Shown piece by piece: positions 29,211 to 38,553 of a DNA stretch of 38,553 nt (positions are counted from its first letter, which is position 1; each line of letters opens with the position of its first letter). The notes beneath the pieces are model-generated. The model was not told where the DNA came from. It was given only the letters and a program-made list of their open reading frames with translations, and ran no database searches. A program made the position numbers and the translations under genes. This DNA comes from Escherichia phage T7. The stretch lies in the sequence record MG833025.1, one strand, 5' to 3'.

Positions 29211-32200
29211 ATGGATAAGTACGATAAGAACGTACCAAGTGATTATGATGGTCTGTTCCAAAAGGCTGCTGATGCCAACGGGGTCTCTTATGACCTTTTA
29301 CGTAAAGTCGCTTGGACAGAATCACGATTTGTGCCTACAGCAAAATCTAAGACTGGACCATTAGGCATGATGCAATTTACCAAGGCAACCGCTAAGGCCC
29401 TCGGTCTGCGAGTTACCGATGGTCCAGACGACGACCGACTGAACCCTGAGTTAGCTATTAATGCTGCCGCTAAGCAACTTGCAGGTCTGGTAGGGAAGTT
29501 TGATGGCGATGAACTCAAAGCTGCCCTTGCGTACAACCAAGGCGAGGGACGCTTGGGTAATCCACAACTTGAGGCGTACTCTAAGGGAGACTTCGCATCA
29601 ATCTCTGAGGAGGGACGTAACTACATGCGTAACCTTCTGGATGTTGCTAAGTCACCTATGGCTGGACAGTTGGAAACTTTTGGTGGCATAACCCCAAAGG
29701 GTAAAGGCATTCCGGCTGAGGTAGGATTGGCTGGAATTGGTCACAAGCAGAAAGTAACACAGGAACTTCCTGAGTCCACAAGTTTTGACGTTAAGGGTAT
29801 CGAACAGGAGGCTACGGCGAAACCATTCGCCAAGGACTTTTGGGAGACCCACGGAGAAACACTTGACGAGTACAACAGTCGTTCAACCTTCTTCGGATTC
29901 AAAAATGCTGCCGAAGCTGAACTCTCCAACTCAGTCGCTGGGATGGCTTTCCGTGCTGGTCGTCTCGATAATGGTTTTGATGTGTTTAAAGACACCATTA
30001 CGCCGACTCGCTGGAACTCTCACATCTGGACTCCAGAGGAGTTAGAGAAGATTCGAACAGAGGTTAAGAACCCTGCGTACATCAACGTTGTAACTGGTGG
30101 TTCCCCTGAGAACCTCGATGACCTCATTAAATTGGCTAACGAGAACTTTGAGAATGACTCCCGCGCTGCCGAGGCTGGCCTAGGTGCCAAACTGAGTGCT
30201 GGTATTATTGGTGCTGGTGTGGACCCGCTTAGCTATGTTCCTATGGTCGGTGTCACTGGTAAGGGCTTTAAGTTAATCAATAAGGCTCTTGTAGTTGGTG
30301 CCGAAAGTGCTGCTCTGAACGTTGCATCCGAAGGTCTCCGTACCTCCGTAGCTGGTGGTGACGCAGACTATGCGGGTGCTGCCTTAGGTGGCTTTGTGTT
30401 TGGCGCAGGCATGTCTGCAATCAGTGACGCTGTAGCTGCTGGACTGAAACGCAGTAAACCAGAAGCTGAGTTCGACAATGAGTTCATCGGTCCTATGATG
30501 CGATTGGAAGCCCGTGAGACAGCACGAAACGCCAACTCTGCGGACCTCTCTCGGATGAACACTGAGAACATGAAGTTTGAAGGTGAACATAATGGTGTCC
30601 CTTATGAGGACTTACCAACAGAGAGAGGTGCCGTGGTGTTACATGATGGCTCCGTTCTAAGTGCAAGCAACCCAATCAACCCTAAGACTCTAAAAGAGTT
30701 CTCCGAGGTTGACCCTGAGAAGGCTGCGCGAGGAATCAAACTGGCTGGGTTCACCGAGATTGGCTTGAAGACCTTGGGGTCTGACGATGCTGACATCCGT
30801 AGAGTGGCTATCGACCTCGTTCGCTCTCCTACTGGTATGCAGTCTGGTGCCTCAGGTAAGTTCGGTGCAACAGCTTCTGACATCCATGAGAGACTTCATG
30901 GTACTGACCAGCGTACTTATAATGACTTGTACAAAGCAATGTCTGACGCTATGAAAGACCCTGAGTTCTCTACTGGCGGCGCTAAGATGTCCCGTGAAGA
31001 AACTCGATACACTATCTACCGTAGAGCGGCACTAGCTATTGAGCGTCCAGAACTACAGAAGGCACTCACTCCGTCTGAGAGAATCGTTATGGACATCATT
31101 AAGCGTCACTTTGACACCAAGCGTGAACTTATGGAAAACCCAGCAATATTCGGTAACACAAAGGCTGTGAGTATCTTCCCTGAGAGTCGCCACAAAGGTA
31201 CTTACGTTCCTCACGTATATGACCGTCATGCCAAGGCGCTGATGATTCAACGCTACGGTGCCGAAGGTTTGCAGGAAGGGATTGCCCGCTCATGGATGAA
31301 CAGCTACGTCTCCAGACCTGAGGTCAAGGCCAGAGTCGATGAGATGCTTAAGGAATTACACGGGGTGAAGGAAGTAACACCAGAGATGGTAGAGAAGTAC
31401 GCTATGGATAAGGCTTATGGTATCTCCCACTCAGACCAGTTCACCAACAGTTCCATAATAGAAGAGAACATTGAGGGCTTAGTAGGTATCGAGAATAACT
31501 CATTCCTTGAGGCACGTAACTTGTTTGATTCGGACCTATCCATCACTATGCCAGACGGACAGCAATTCTCAGTGAATGACCTAAGGGACTTCGATATGTT
31601 CCGCATCATGCCAGCGTATGACCGCCGTGTCAATGGTGACATCGCCATCATGGGGTCTACTGGTAAAACCACTAAGGAACTTAAGGATGAGATTTTGGCT
31701 CTCAAAGCGAAAGCTGAGGGAGACGGTAAGAAGACTGGCGAGGTACATGCTTTAATGGATACCGTTAAGATTCTTACTGGTCGTGCTAGACGCAATCAGG
31801 ACACTGTGTGGGAAACCTCACTGCGTGCCATCAATGACCTAGGGTTCTTCGCTAAGAACGCCTACATGGGTGCTCAGAACATTACGGAGATTGCTGGGAT
31901 GATTGTCACTGGTAACGTTCGTGCTCTAGGGCATGGTATCCCAATTCTGCGTGATACACTCTACAAGTCTAAACCAGTTTCAGCTAAGGAACTCAAGGAA
32001 CTCCATGCGTCTCTGTTCGGGAAGGAGGTGGACCAGTTGATTCGGCCTAAACGTGCTGACATTGTGCAGCGCCTAAGGGAAGCAACTGATACCGGACCTG
32101 CCGTGGCGAACATCGTAGGGACCTTGAAGTATTCAACACAGGAACTGGCTGCTCGCTCTCCGTGGACTAAGCTACTGAACGGAACCACTAACTACCTTCT

Positions 32201-33167
32201 GGATGCTGCGCGTCAAGGTATGCTTGGGGATGTTATTAGTGCCACCCTAACAGGTAAGACTACCCGCTGGGAGAAAGAAGGCTTCCTTCGTGGTGCCTCC
32301 GTAACTCCTGAGCAGATGGCTGGCATCAAGTCTCTCATCAAGGAACATATGGTACGCGGTGAGGACGGGAAGTTTACCGTTAAGGACAAGCAAGCGTTCT
32401 CTATGGACCCACGGGCTATGGACTTATGGAGACTGGCTGACAAGGTAGCTGATGAGGCAATGCTGCGTCCACATAAGGTGTCCTTACAGGATTCCCATGC
32501 GTTCGGAGCACTAGGTAAGATGGTTATGCAGTTTAAGTCTTTCACTATCAAGTCCCTTAACTCTAAGTTCCTGCGAACCTTCTATGATGGATACAAGAAC
32601 AACCGAGCGATTGACGCTGCGCTGAGCATCATCACCTCTATGGGTCTCGCTGGTGGTTTCTATGCTATGGCTGCACACGTCAAAGCATACGCTCTGCCTA
32701 AGGAGAAACGTAAGGAGTACTTGGAGCGTGCACTGGACCCAACCATGATTGCCCACGCTGCGTTATCTCGTAGTTCTCAATTGGGTGCTCCTTTGGCTAT
32801 GGTTGACCTAGTTGGTGGTGTTTTAGGGTTCGAGTCCTCCAAGATGGCTCGCTCTACGATTCTACCTAAGGACACCGTGAAGGAACGTGACCCAAACAAA
32901 CCGTACACCTCTAGAGAGGTAATGGGCGCTATGGGTTCAAACCTTCTGGAACAGATGCCTTCGGCTGGCTTTGTGGCTAACGTAGGGGCTACCTTAATGA
33001 ATGCTGCTGGCGTGGTCAACTCACCTAATAAAGCAACCGAGCAGGACTTCATGACTGGTCTTATGAACTCCACAAAAGAGTTAGTACCGAACGACCCATT
33101 GACTCAACAGCTTGTGTTGAAGATTTATGAGGCGAACGGTGTTAACTTGAGGGAGCGTAGGAAATAA
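29211..33167 (+). CDS. 16: Internal core protein D with N-terminal lytic transglycosylase domain
   Basis: 1318 aa; N-terminal region with catalytic Glu (AWTESRF) of the SLT type. Confidence 0.95.
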   Translation: MDKYDKNVPSDYDGLFQKAADANGVSYDLLRKVAWTESRFVPTAKSKTGPLGMMQFTKATAKALGLRVTDGPDDDRLNPELAINAAAKQLAGLVGKFDGDELKAALAYNQGEGRLGNPQLEAYSKGDFASISEEGRNYMRNLLDVAKSPMAGQLETFGGITPKGKGIPAEVGLAGIGHKQKVTQELPESTSFDVKGIEQEATAKPFAKDFWETHGETLDEYNSRSTFFGFKNAAEAELSNSVAGMAFRAGRLDNGFDVFKDTITPTRWNSHIWTPEELEKIRTEVKNPAYINVVTGGSPENLDDLIKLANENFENDSRAAEAGLGAKLSAGIIGAGVDPLSYVPMVGVTGKGFKLINKALVVGAESAALNVASEGLRTSVAGGDADYAGAALGGFVFGAGMSAISDAVAAGLKRSKPEAEFDNEFIGPMMRLEARETARNANSADLSRMNTENMKFEGEHNGVPYEDLPTERGAVVLHDGSVLSASNPINPKTLKEFSEVDPEKAARGIKLAGFTEIGLKTLGSDDADIRRVAIDLVRSPTGMQSGASGKFGATASDIHERLHGTDQRTYNDLYKAMSDAMKDPEFSTGGAKMSREETRYTIYRRAALAIERPELQKALTPSERIVMDIIKRHFDTKRELMENPAIFGNTKAVSIFPESRHKGTYVPHVYDRHAKALMIQRYGAEGLQEGIARSWMNSYVSRPEVKARVDEMLKELHGVKEVTPEMVEKYAMDKAYGISHSDQFTNSSIIEENIEGLVGIENNSFLEARNLFDSDLSITMPDGQQFSVNDLRDFDMFRIMPAYDRRVNGDIAIMGSTGKTTKELKDEILALKAKAEGDGKKTGEVHALMDTVKILTGRARRNQDTVWETSLRAINDLGFFAKNAYMGAQNITEIAGMIVTGNVRALGHGIPILRDTLYKSKPVSAKELKELHASLFGKEVDQLIRPKRADIVQRLREATDTGPAVANIVGTLKYSTQELAARSPWTKLLNGTTNYLLDAARQGMLGDVISATLTGKTTRWEKEGFLRGASVTPEQMAGIKSLIKEHMVRGEDGKFTVKDKQAFSMDPRAMDLWRLADKVADEAMLRPHKVSLQDSHAFGALGKMVMQFKSFTIKSLNSKFLRTFYDGYKNNRAIDAALSIITSMGLAGGFYAMAAHVKAYALPKEKRKEYLERALDPTMIAHAALSRSSQLGAPLAMVDLVGGVLGFESSKMARSTILPKDTVKERDPNKPYTSREVMGAMGSNLLEQMPSAGFVANVGATLMNAAGVVNSPNKATEQDFMTGLMNSTKELVPNDPLTQQLVLKIYEANGVNLRERRK

Positions 33168-33188
33168 TACGACTCACTATAGGGAGAG
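33166..33188 (+). promoter_or_regulatory. T7 promoter phi17
   Basis: taatacgactcactatagggaga. Confidence 0.95.
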
Positions 33189-33239
33189 GCGAAATAATCT
33201 TCTCCCTGTAGTCTCTTAGATTTACTTTAAGGAGGTCAA

Positions 33240-34901
33240 ATGGCTAACGTAATTAAAACCGTTTTGACTTACCAGTTAGATGGCTCCAATCGTGATTTTA
33301 ATATCCCGTTTGAGTATCTAGCCCGTAAGTTCGTAGTGGTAACTCTTATTGGTGTAGACCGAAAGGTCCTTACGATTAATACAGACTATCGCTTTGCTAC
33401 ACGTACTACTATCTCTCTGACAAAGGCTTGGGGTCCAGCCGATGGCTACACGACCATCGAGTTACGTCGAGTAACCTCCACTACCGACCGATTGGTTGAC
33501 TTTACGGATGGTTCAATCCTCCGCGCGTATGACCTTAACGTCGCTCAGATTCAAACGATGCACGTAGCGGAAGAGGCCCGTGACCTCACTACGGATACTA
33601 TCGGTGTCAATAACGATGGTCACTTGGATGCTCGTGGTCGTCGAATTGTGAACCTAGCGAACGCCGTGGATGACCGCGATGCTGTTCCGTTTGGTCAACT
33701 AAAGACCATGAACCAGAACTCATGGCAAGCACGTAATGAAGCCTTACAGTTCCGTAATGAGGCTGAGACTTTCAGAAACCAAGCGGAGGGCTTTAAGAAC
33801 GAGTCCAGTACCAACGCTACGAACACAAAGCAGTGGCGCGATGAGACCAAGGGTTTCCGAGACGAAGCCAAGCGGTTCAAGAATACGGCTGGTCAATACG
33901 CTACATCTGCTGGGAACTCTGCTTCCGCTGCGCATCAATCTGAGGTAAACGCTGAGAACTCTGCCACAGCATCCGCTAACTCTGCTCATTTGGCAGAACA
34001 GCAAGCAGACCGTGCGGAACGTGAGGCAGACAAGCTGGAAAATTACAATGGATTGGCTGGTGCAATTGATAAGGTAGATGGAACCAATGTGTACTGGAAA
34101 GGAAATATTCACGCTAACGGGCGCCTTTACATGACCACAAACGGTTTTGACTGTGGCCAGTATCAACAGTTCTTTGGTGGTGTCACTAATCGTTACTCTG
34201 TCATGGAGTGGGGAGATGAGAACGGATGGCTGATGTATGTTCAACGTAGAGAGTGGACAACAGCGATAGGCGGTAACATCCAGTTAGTAGTAAACGGACA
34301 GATCATCACCCAAGGTGGAGCCATGACCGGTCAGCTAAAATTGCAGAATGGGCATGTTCTTCAATTAGAGTCCGCATCCGACAAGGCGCACTATATTCTA
34401 TCTAAAGATGGTAACAGGAATAACTGGTACATTGGTAGAGGGTCAGATAACAACAATGACTGTACCTTCCACTCCTATGTACATGGTACGACCTTAACAC
34501 TCAAGCAGGACTATGCAGTAGTTAACAAACACTTCCACGTAGGTCAGGCCGTTGTGGCCACTGATGGTAATATTCAAGGTACTAAGTGGGGAGGTAAATG
34601 GCTGGATGCTTACCTACGTGACAGCTTCGTTGCGAAGTCCAAGGCGTGGACTCAGGTGTGGTCTGGTAGTGCTGGCGGTGGGGTAAGTGTGACTGTTTCA
34701 CAGGATCTCCGCTTCCGCAATATCTGGATTAAGTGTGCCAACAACTCTTGGAACTTCTTCCGTACTGGCCCCGATGGAATCTACTTCATAGCCTCTGATG
34801 GTGGATGGTTACGATTCCAAATACACTCCAACGGTCTCGGATTCAAGAATATTGCAGACAGTCGTTCAGTACCTAATGCAATCATGGTGGAGAACGAGTA
34901 A
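33240..34901 (+). CDS. 17: Tail fibre protein
   Basis: 553 aa, MANVIKTVLTYQLDGSNRDFNIPFEYLARKF... Confidence 0.95.
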   Translation: MANVIKTVLTYQLDGSNRDFNIPFEYLARKFVVVTLIGVDRKVLTINTDYRFATRTTISLTKAWGPADGYTTIELRRVTSTTDRLVDFTDGSILRAYDLNVAQIQTMHVAEEARDLTTDTIGVNNDGHLDARGRRIVNLANAVDDRDAVPFGQLKTMNQNSWQARNEALQFRNEAETFRNQAEGFKNESSTNATNTKQWRDETKGFRDEAKRFKNTAGQYATSAGNSASAAHQSEVNAENSATASANSAHLAEQQADRAEREADKLENYNGLAGAIDKVDGTNVYWKGNIHANGRLYMTTNGFDCGQYQQFFGGVTNRYSVMEWGDENGWLMYVQRREWTTAIGGNIQLVVNGQIITQGGAMTGQLKLQNGHVLQLESASDKAHYILSKDGNRNNWYIGRGSDNNNDCTFHSYVHGTTLTLKQDYAVVNKHFHVGQAVVATDGNIQGTKWGGKWLDAYLRDSFVAKSKAWTQVWSGSAGGGVSVTVSQDLRFRNIWIKCANNSWNFFRTGPDGIYFIASDGGWLRFQIHSNGLGFKNIADSRSVPNAIMVENE

Positions 34902-34959
34902 TTGGTAAATCACAAGGAAAGACGTGTAGTCCACGGATGGACTCTCAAGGAGGTACAAG

Positions 34960-35163
34960 GTGCTATCATTAGACTTTAACAACGAATTGATTAAGGCTGC
35001 TCCAATTGTTGGGACGGGTGTAGCAGATGTTAGTGCTCGACTGTTCTTTGGGTTAAGCCTTAACGAATGGTTCTACGTTGCTGCTATCGCCTACACAGTG
35101 GTTCAGATTGGTGCCAAGGTAGTCGATAAGATGATTGACTGGAAGAAAGCCAATAAGGAGTGA
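34960..35163 (+). CDS. 17.5: Holin (GTG start)
   Basis: 67-aa membrane protein LSLDFNNELIKAAPIVGTGVADVSARLFFGL... Confidence 0.8.
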   Translation: MLSLDFNNELIKAAPIVGTGVADVSARLFFGLSLNEWFYVAAIAYTVVQIGAKVVDKMIDWKKANKE

Positions 35164-35168
35164 TATGT

Positions 35169-35438
35169 ATGGAAAAGGATAAGAGCCTTATTACATTCTT
35201 AGAGATGTTGGACACTGCGATGGCTCAGCGTATGCTTGCGGACCTTTCGGACCATGAGCGTCGCTCTCCGCAACTCTATAATGCTATTAACAAACTGTTA
35301 GACCGCCACAAGTTCCAGATTGGTAAGTTGCAGCCGGATGTTCACATCTTAGGTGGCCTTGCTGGTGCTCTTGAAGAGTACAAAGAGAAAGTCGGTGATA
35401 ACGGTCTTACGGATGATGATATTTACACATTACAGTGA
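35169..35438 (+). CDS. 18: Terminase small subunit (DNA maturation protein A)
   Basis: MEKDKSLITFLEMLDTAMAQRMLADLSDHERRSPQLYNAINKLLD... 89 aa. Confidence 0.85.
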   Translation: MEKDKSLITFLEMLDTAMAQRMLADLSDHERRSPQLYNAINKLLDRHKFQIGKLQPDVHILGGLAGALEEYKEKVGDNGLTDDDIYTLQ

Positions 35439-35532
35439 TATACTCAAGGCCACTACAGATAGTGGTCTTTATGGATGTCATTGTCTATACGAGATGCTCC
35501 TACGTGAAATCTGAAAGTTAACGGGAGGCATT

Positions 35533-35964
35533 ATGCTAGAATTTTTACGTAAGCTAATCCCTTGGGTTCTCGCTGGGATGCTATTCGGGTTAGGATGGCA
35601 TCTAGGGTCAGACTCAATGGACGCTAAATGGAAACAGGAGGTACACAATGAGTACGTTAAGAGAGTTGAGGCTGCGAAGAGCACTCAAAGAGCAATCGAT
35701 GCGGTATCTGCTAAGTATCAAGAAGACCTTGCCGCGCTGGAAGGGAGCACTGATAGGATTATTTCTGATTTGCGTAGCGACAATAAGCGGTTGCGCGTCA
35801 GAGTCAAAACTACCGGAACCTCCGATGGTCAGTGTGGATTCGAGCCTGATGGTCGAGCCGAACTTGACGACCGAGATGCTAAACGTATTCTCGCAGTGAC
35901 CCAGAAGGGTGACGCATGGATTCGTGCGTTACAGGATACTATTCGTGAACTGCAACGTAAGTAG
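35533..35964 (+). CDS. 18.5: Spanin, inner-membrane component (Rz-like)
   Basis: 143 aa with N-terminal transmembrane segment LIPWVLAGMLFGLGW. Confidence 0.8.
   Translation: MLEFLRKLIPWVLAGMLFGLGWHLGSDSMDAKWKQEVHNEYVKRVEAAKSTQRAIDAVSAKYQEDLAALEGSTDRIISDLRSDNKRLRVRVKTTGTSDGQCGFEPDGRAELDDRDAKRILAVTQKGDAWIRALQDTIRELQRK
35648..35899 (+). CDS. 18.7: Spanin, outer-membrane lipoprotein component (Rz1-like), embedded in 18.5 in another frame
   Basis: 83-aa embedded ORF with lipobox-like LICVATISGCAS. Confidence 0.65.
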   Translation: MSTLRELRLRRALKEQSMRYLLSIKKTLPRWKGALIGLFLICVATISGCASESKLPEPPMVSVDSSLMVEPNLTTEMLNVFSQ

Positions 35965-35985
35965 GAAATCAAGTAAGGAGGCAAT

Positions 35986-37746
35986 GTGTCTACTCAATCC
36001 AATCGTAATGCGCTCGTAGTGGCGCAACTGAAAGGAGACTTCGTGGCGTTCCTATTCGTCTTATGGAAGGCGCTAAACCTACCGGTGCCCACTAAGTGTC
36101 AGATTGACATGGCTAAGGTGCTGGCGAATGGAGACAACAAGAAGTTCATCTTACAGGCTTTCCGTGGTATCGGTAAGTCGTTCATCACATGTGCGTTCGT
36201 TGTGTGGTCCTTATGGAGAGACCCTCAGTTGAAGATACTTATCGTATCAGCCTCTAAGGAGCGTGCAGACGCTAACTCCATCTTTATTAAGAACATCATT
36301 GACCTGCTGCCATTCCTATCTGAGTTAAAGCCAAGACCCGGACAGCGTGACTCGGTAATCAGCTTTGATGTAGGCCCAGCCAATCCTGACCACTCTCCTA
36401 GTGTGAAATCAGTAGGTATCACTGGTCAGTTAACTGGTAGCCGTGCTGACATTATCATTGCGGATGACGTTGAGATTCCGTCTAACAGCGCAACTATGGG
36501 TGCCCGTGAGAAGCTATGGACTCTGGTTCAGGAGTTCGCTGCGTTACTTAAACCGCTGCCTTCCTCTCGCGTTATCTACCTTGGTACACCTCAGACAGAG
36601 ATGACTCTCTATAAGGAACTTGAGGATAACCGTGGGTACACAACCATTATCTGGCCTGCTCTGTACCCAAGGACACGTGAAGAGAACCTCTATTACTCAC
36701 AGCGTCTTGCTCCTATGTTACGCGCTGAGTACGATGAGAACCCTGAGGCACTTGCTGGGACTCCAACAGACCCAGTGCGCTTTGACCGTGATGACCTGCG
36801 CGAGCGTGAGTTGGAATACGGTAAGGCTGGCTTTACGCTACAGTTCATGCTTAACCCTAACCTTAGTGATGCCGAGAAGTACCCGCTGAGGCTTCGTGAC
36901 GCTATCGTAGCGGCCTTAGACTTAGAGAAGGCCCCAATGCATTACCAGTGGCTTCCGAACCGTCAGAACATCATTGAGGACCTTCCTAACGTTGGCCTTA
37001 AGGGTGATGACCTGCATACGTACCACGATTGTTCCAACAACTCAGGTCAGTACCAACAGAAGATTCTGGTCATTGACCCTAGTGGTCGCGGTAAGGACGA
37101 AACAGGTTACGCTGTGCTGTACACACTGAACGGTTACATCTACCTTATGGAAGCTGGAGGTTTCCGTGATGGCTACTCCGATAAGACCCTTGAGTTACTC
37201 GCTAAGAAGGCAAAGCAATGGGGAGTCCAGACGGTTGTCTACGAGAGTAACTTCGGTGACGGTATGTTCGGTAAGGTATTCAGTCCTATCCTTCTTAAAC
37301 ACCACAACTGTGCGATGGAAGAGATTCGTGCCCGTGGTATGAAAGAGATGCGTATTTGCGATACCCTTGAGCCAGTCATGCAGACTCACCGCCTTGTAAT
37401 TCGTGATGAGGTCATTAGGGCCGACTACCAGTCCGCTCGTGACGTAGACGGTAAGCATGACGTTAAGTACTCGTTGTTCTACCAGATGACCCGTATCACT
37501 CGTGAGAAAGGCGCTCTGGCTCATGATGACCGATTGGATGCCCTTGCGTTAGGCATTGAGTATCTCCGTGAGTCCATGCAGTTGGATTCCGTTAAGGTCG
37601 AGGGTGAAGTACTTGCTGACTTCCTTGAGGAACACATGATGCGTCCTACGGTTGCTGCTACGCATATCATTGAGATGTCTGTGGGAGGAGTTGATGTGTA
37701 CTCTGAGGACGATGAGGGTTACGGTACGTCTTTCATTGAGTGGTGA
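35986..37746 (+). CDS. 19: Terminase large subunit (DNA maturation protein B), GTG start
   Basis: 586 aa with ATPase Walker A-like GIGKS and a nuclease domain. Confidence 0.95.
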
Positions 37747-37827
37747 TTTATGCATTAGGACTGCATAGGGATGCACTATAGACCACGGATGGTCAGTTCT
37801 TTAAGTTACTGAAAAGACACGATAAAT

Positions 37828-37850
37828 TAATACGACTCACTATAGGGAGA
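37828..37850 (+). promoter_or_regulatory. T7 promoter phiOR (right-end promoter)
   Basis: taatacgactcactatagggaga. Confidence 0.95.
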
Positions 37851-38004
37851 GGAGGGACGAAAGGTTACTATATAGATACTGAATGAATACTTATAGAGTG
37901 CATAAAGTATGCATAATGGTGTACCTAGAGTGACCTCTAAGAATGGTGATTATATTGTATTAGTATCACCTTAACTTAAGGACCAACATAAAGGGAGGAG
38001 ACTC

Positions 38005-38154
38005 ATGTTCCGCTTATTGTTGAACCTACTGCGGCATAGAGTCACCTACCGATTTCTTGTGGTACTTTGTGCTGCCCTTGGGTACGCATCTCTTACTGGA
38101 GACCTCAGTTCACTGGAGTCTGTCGTTTGCTCTATACTCACTTGTAGCGATTAG
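38005..38154 (+). CDS. 19.5: Gene 19.5 (49 aa)
   Basis: MFRLLLNLLRHRVTYRFLVVLCAALGYASLTGDLSSLESVVCSILTCSD with RBS aagggagg. Confidence 0.6.
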   Translation: MFRLLLNLLRHRVTYRFLVVLCAALGYASLTGDLSSLESVVCSILTCSD

Positions 38155-38224
38155 GGTCTTCCTGACCGACTGATGGCTCACCGAGGGATTCAGCGGTATG
38201 ATTGCATCACACCACTTCATCCCT

Positions 38225-38393
38225 ATAGAGTCAAGTCCTAAGGTATACCCATAAAGAGCCTCTAATGGTCTATCCTAAGGTCTATACCTAAAGATAGGCC
38301 ATCCTATCAGTGTCACCTAAAGAGGGTCTTAGAGAGGGCCTATGGAGTTCCTATAGGGTCCTTTAAAATATACCATAAAAATCTGAGTGACTA
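38225..38393. repeat. CCTAAAG-family short repeats next to the right terminal repeat
   Basis: Repeated cctaaag/cctatag units; T7 has such repeats at its ends. Confidence 0.6.
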
Positions 38394-38553
38394 TCTCACA
38401 GTGTACGGACCTAAAGTTCCCCCATAGGGGGTACCTAAAGCCCAGCCAATCACCTAAAGTCAACCTTCGGTTGACCTTGAGGGTTCCCTAAGGGTTGGGG
38501 ATGACCCTTGGGTTTGTCTTTGGGTGTTACCTTGAGTGTCTCTCTGTGTCCCT
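38394..38553. repeat. Right direct terminal repeat
   Basis: Identical to 1-160. Confidence 0.95.

Overview
The window is a complete, linear T7-type podophage genome (38,553 bp), bounded by identical 160-bp direct terminal repeats (1-160 and 38394-38553). Gene order, the T7 RNA polymerase promoters, the Tphi terminator and the gene 10 frameshift site all match bacteriophage T7 as I recall it. The one structural departure is in the early region. Where T7 carries genes 0.5, 0.6, 0.7 (protein kinase) and the single-chain RNA polymerase gene 1, this genome carries a two-cistron cassette encoding the polymerase in two pieces. The first cistron (1496-2491) is a heterodimerising coiled-coil peptide, a GGSGG linker, then polymerase residues about 601-883 with an apparent R632S substitution. 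The second (2511-4463) is polymerase residues 1-601, a GGSGGGS linker, then the partner coiled-coil peptide. The two are separated by a synthetic-looking RBS (aaagaggagaaa plus tactag), and the linker and zipper DNA carries BamHI and HindIII sites. This reads as an engineered phage whose own transcription programme depends on assembly of a split polymerase. The parts resemble published split-T7-RNAP and SYNZIP designs, recognised from memory; I cannot verify whether this exact phage has been described. Comparisons to wild-type T7 are from recall, and point mutations elsewhere in the genome cannot be excluded.
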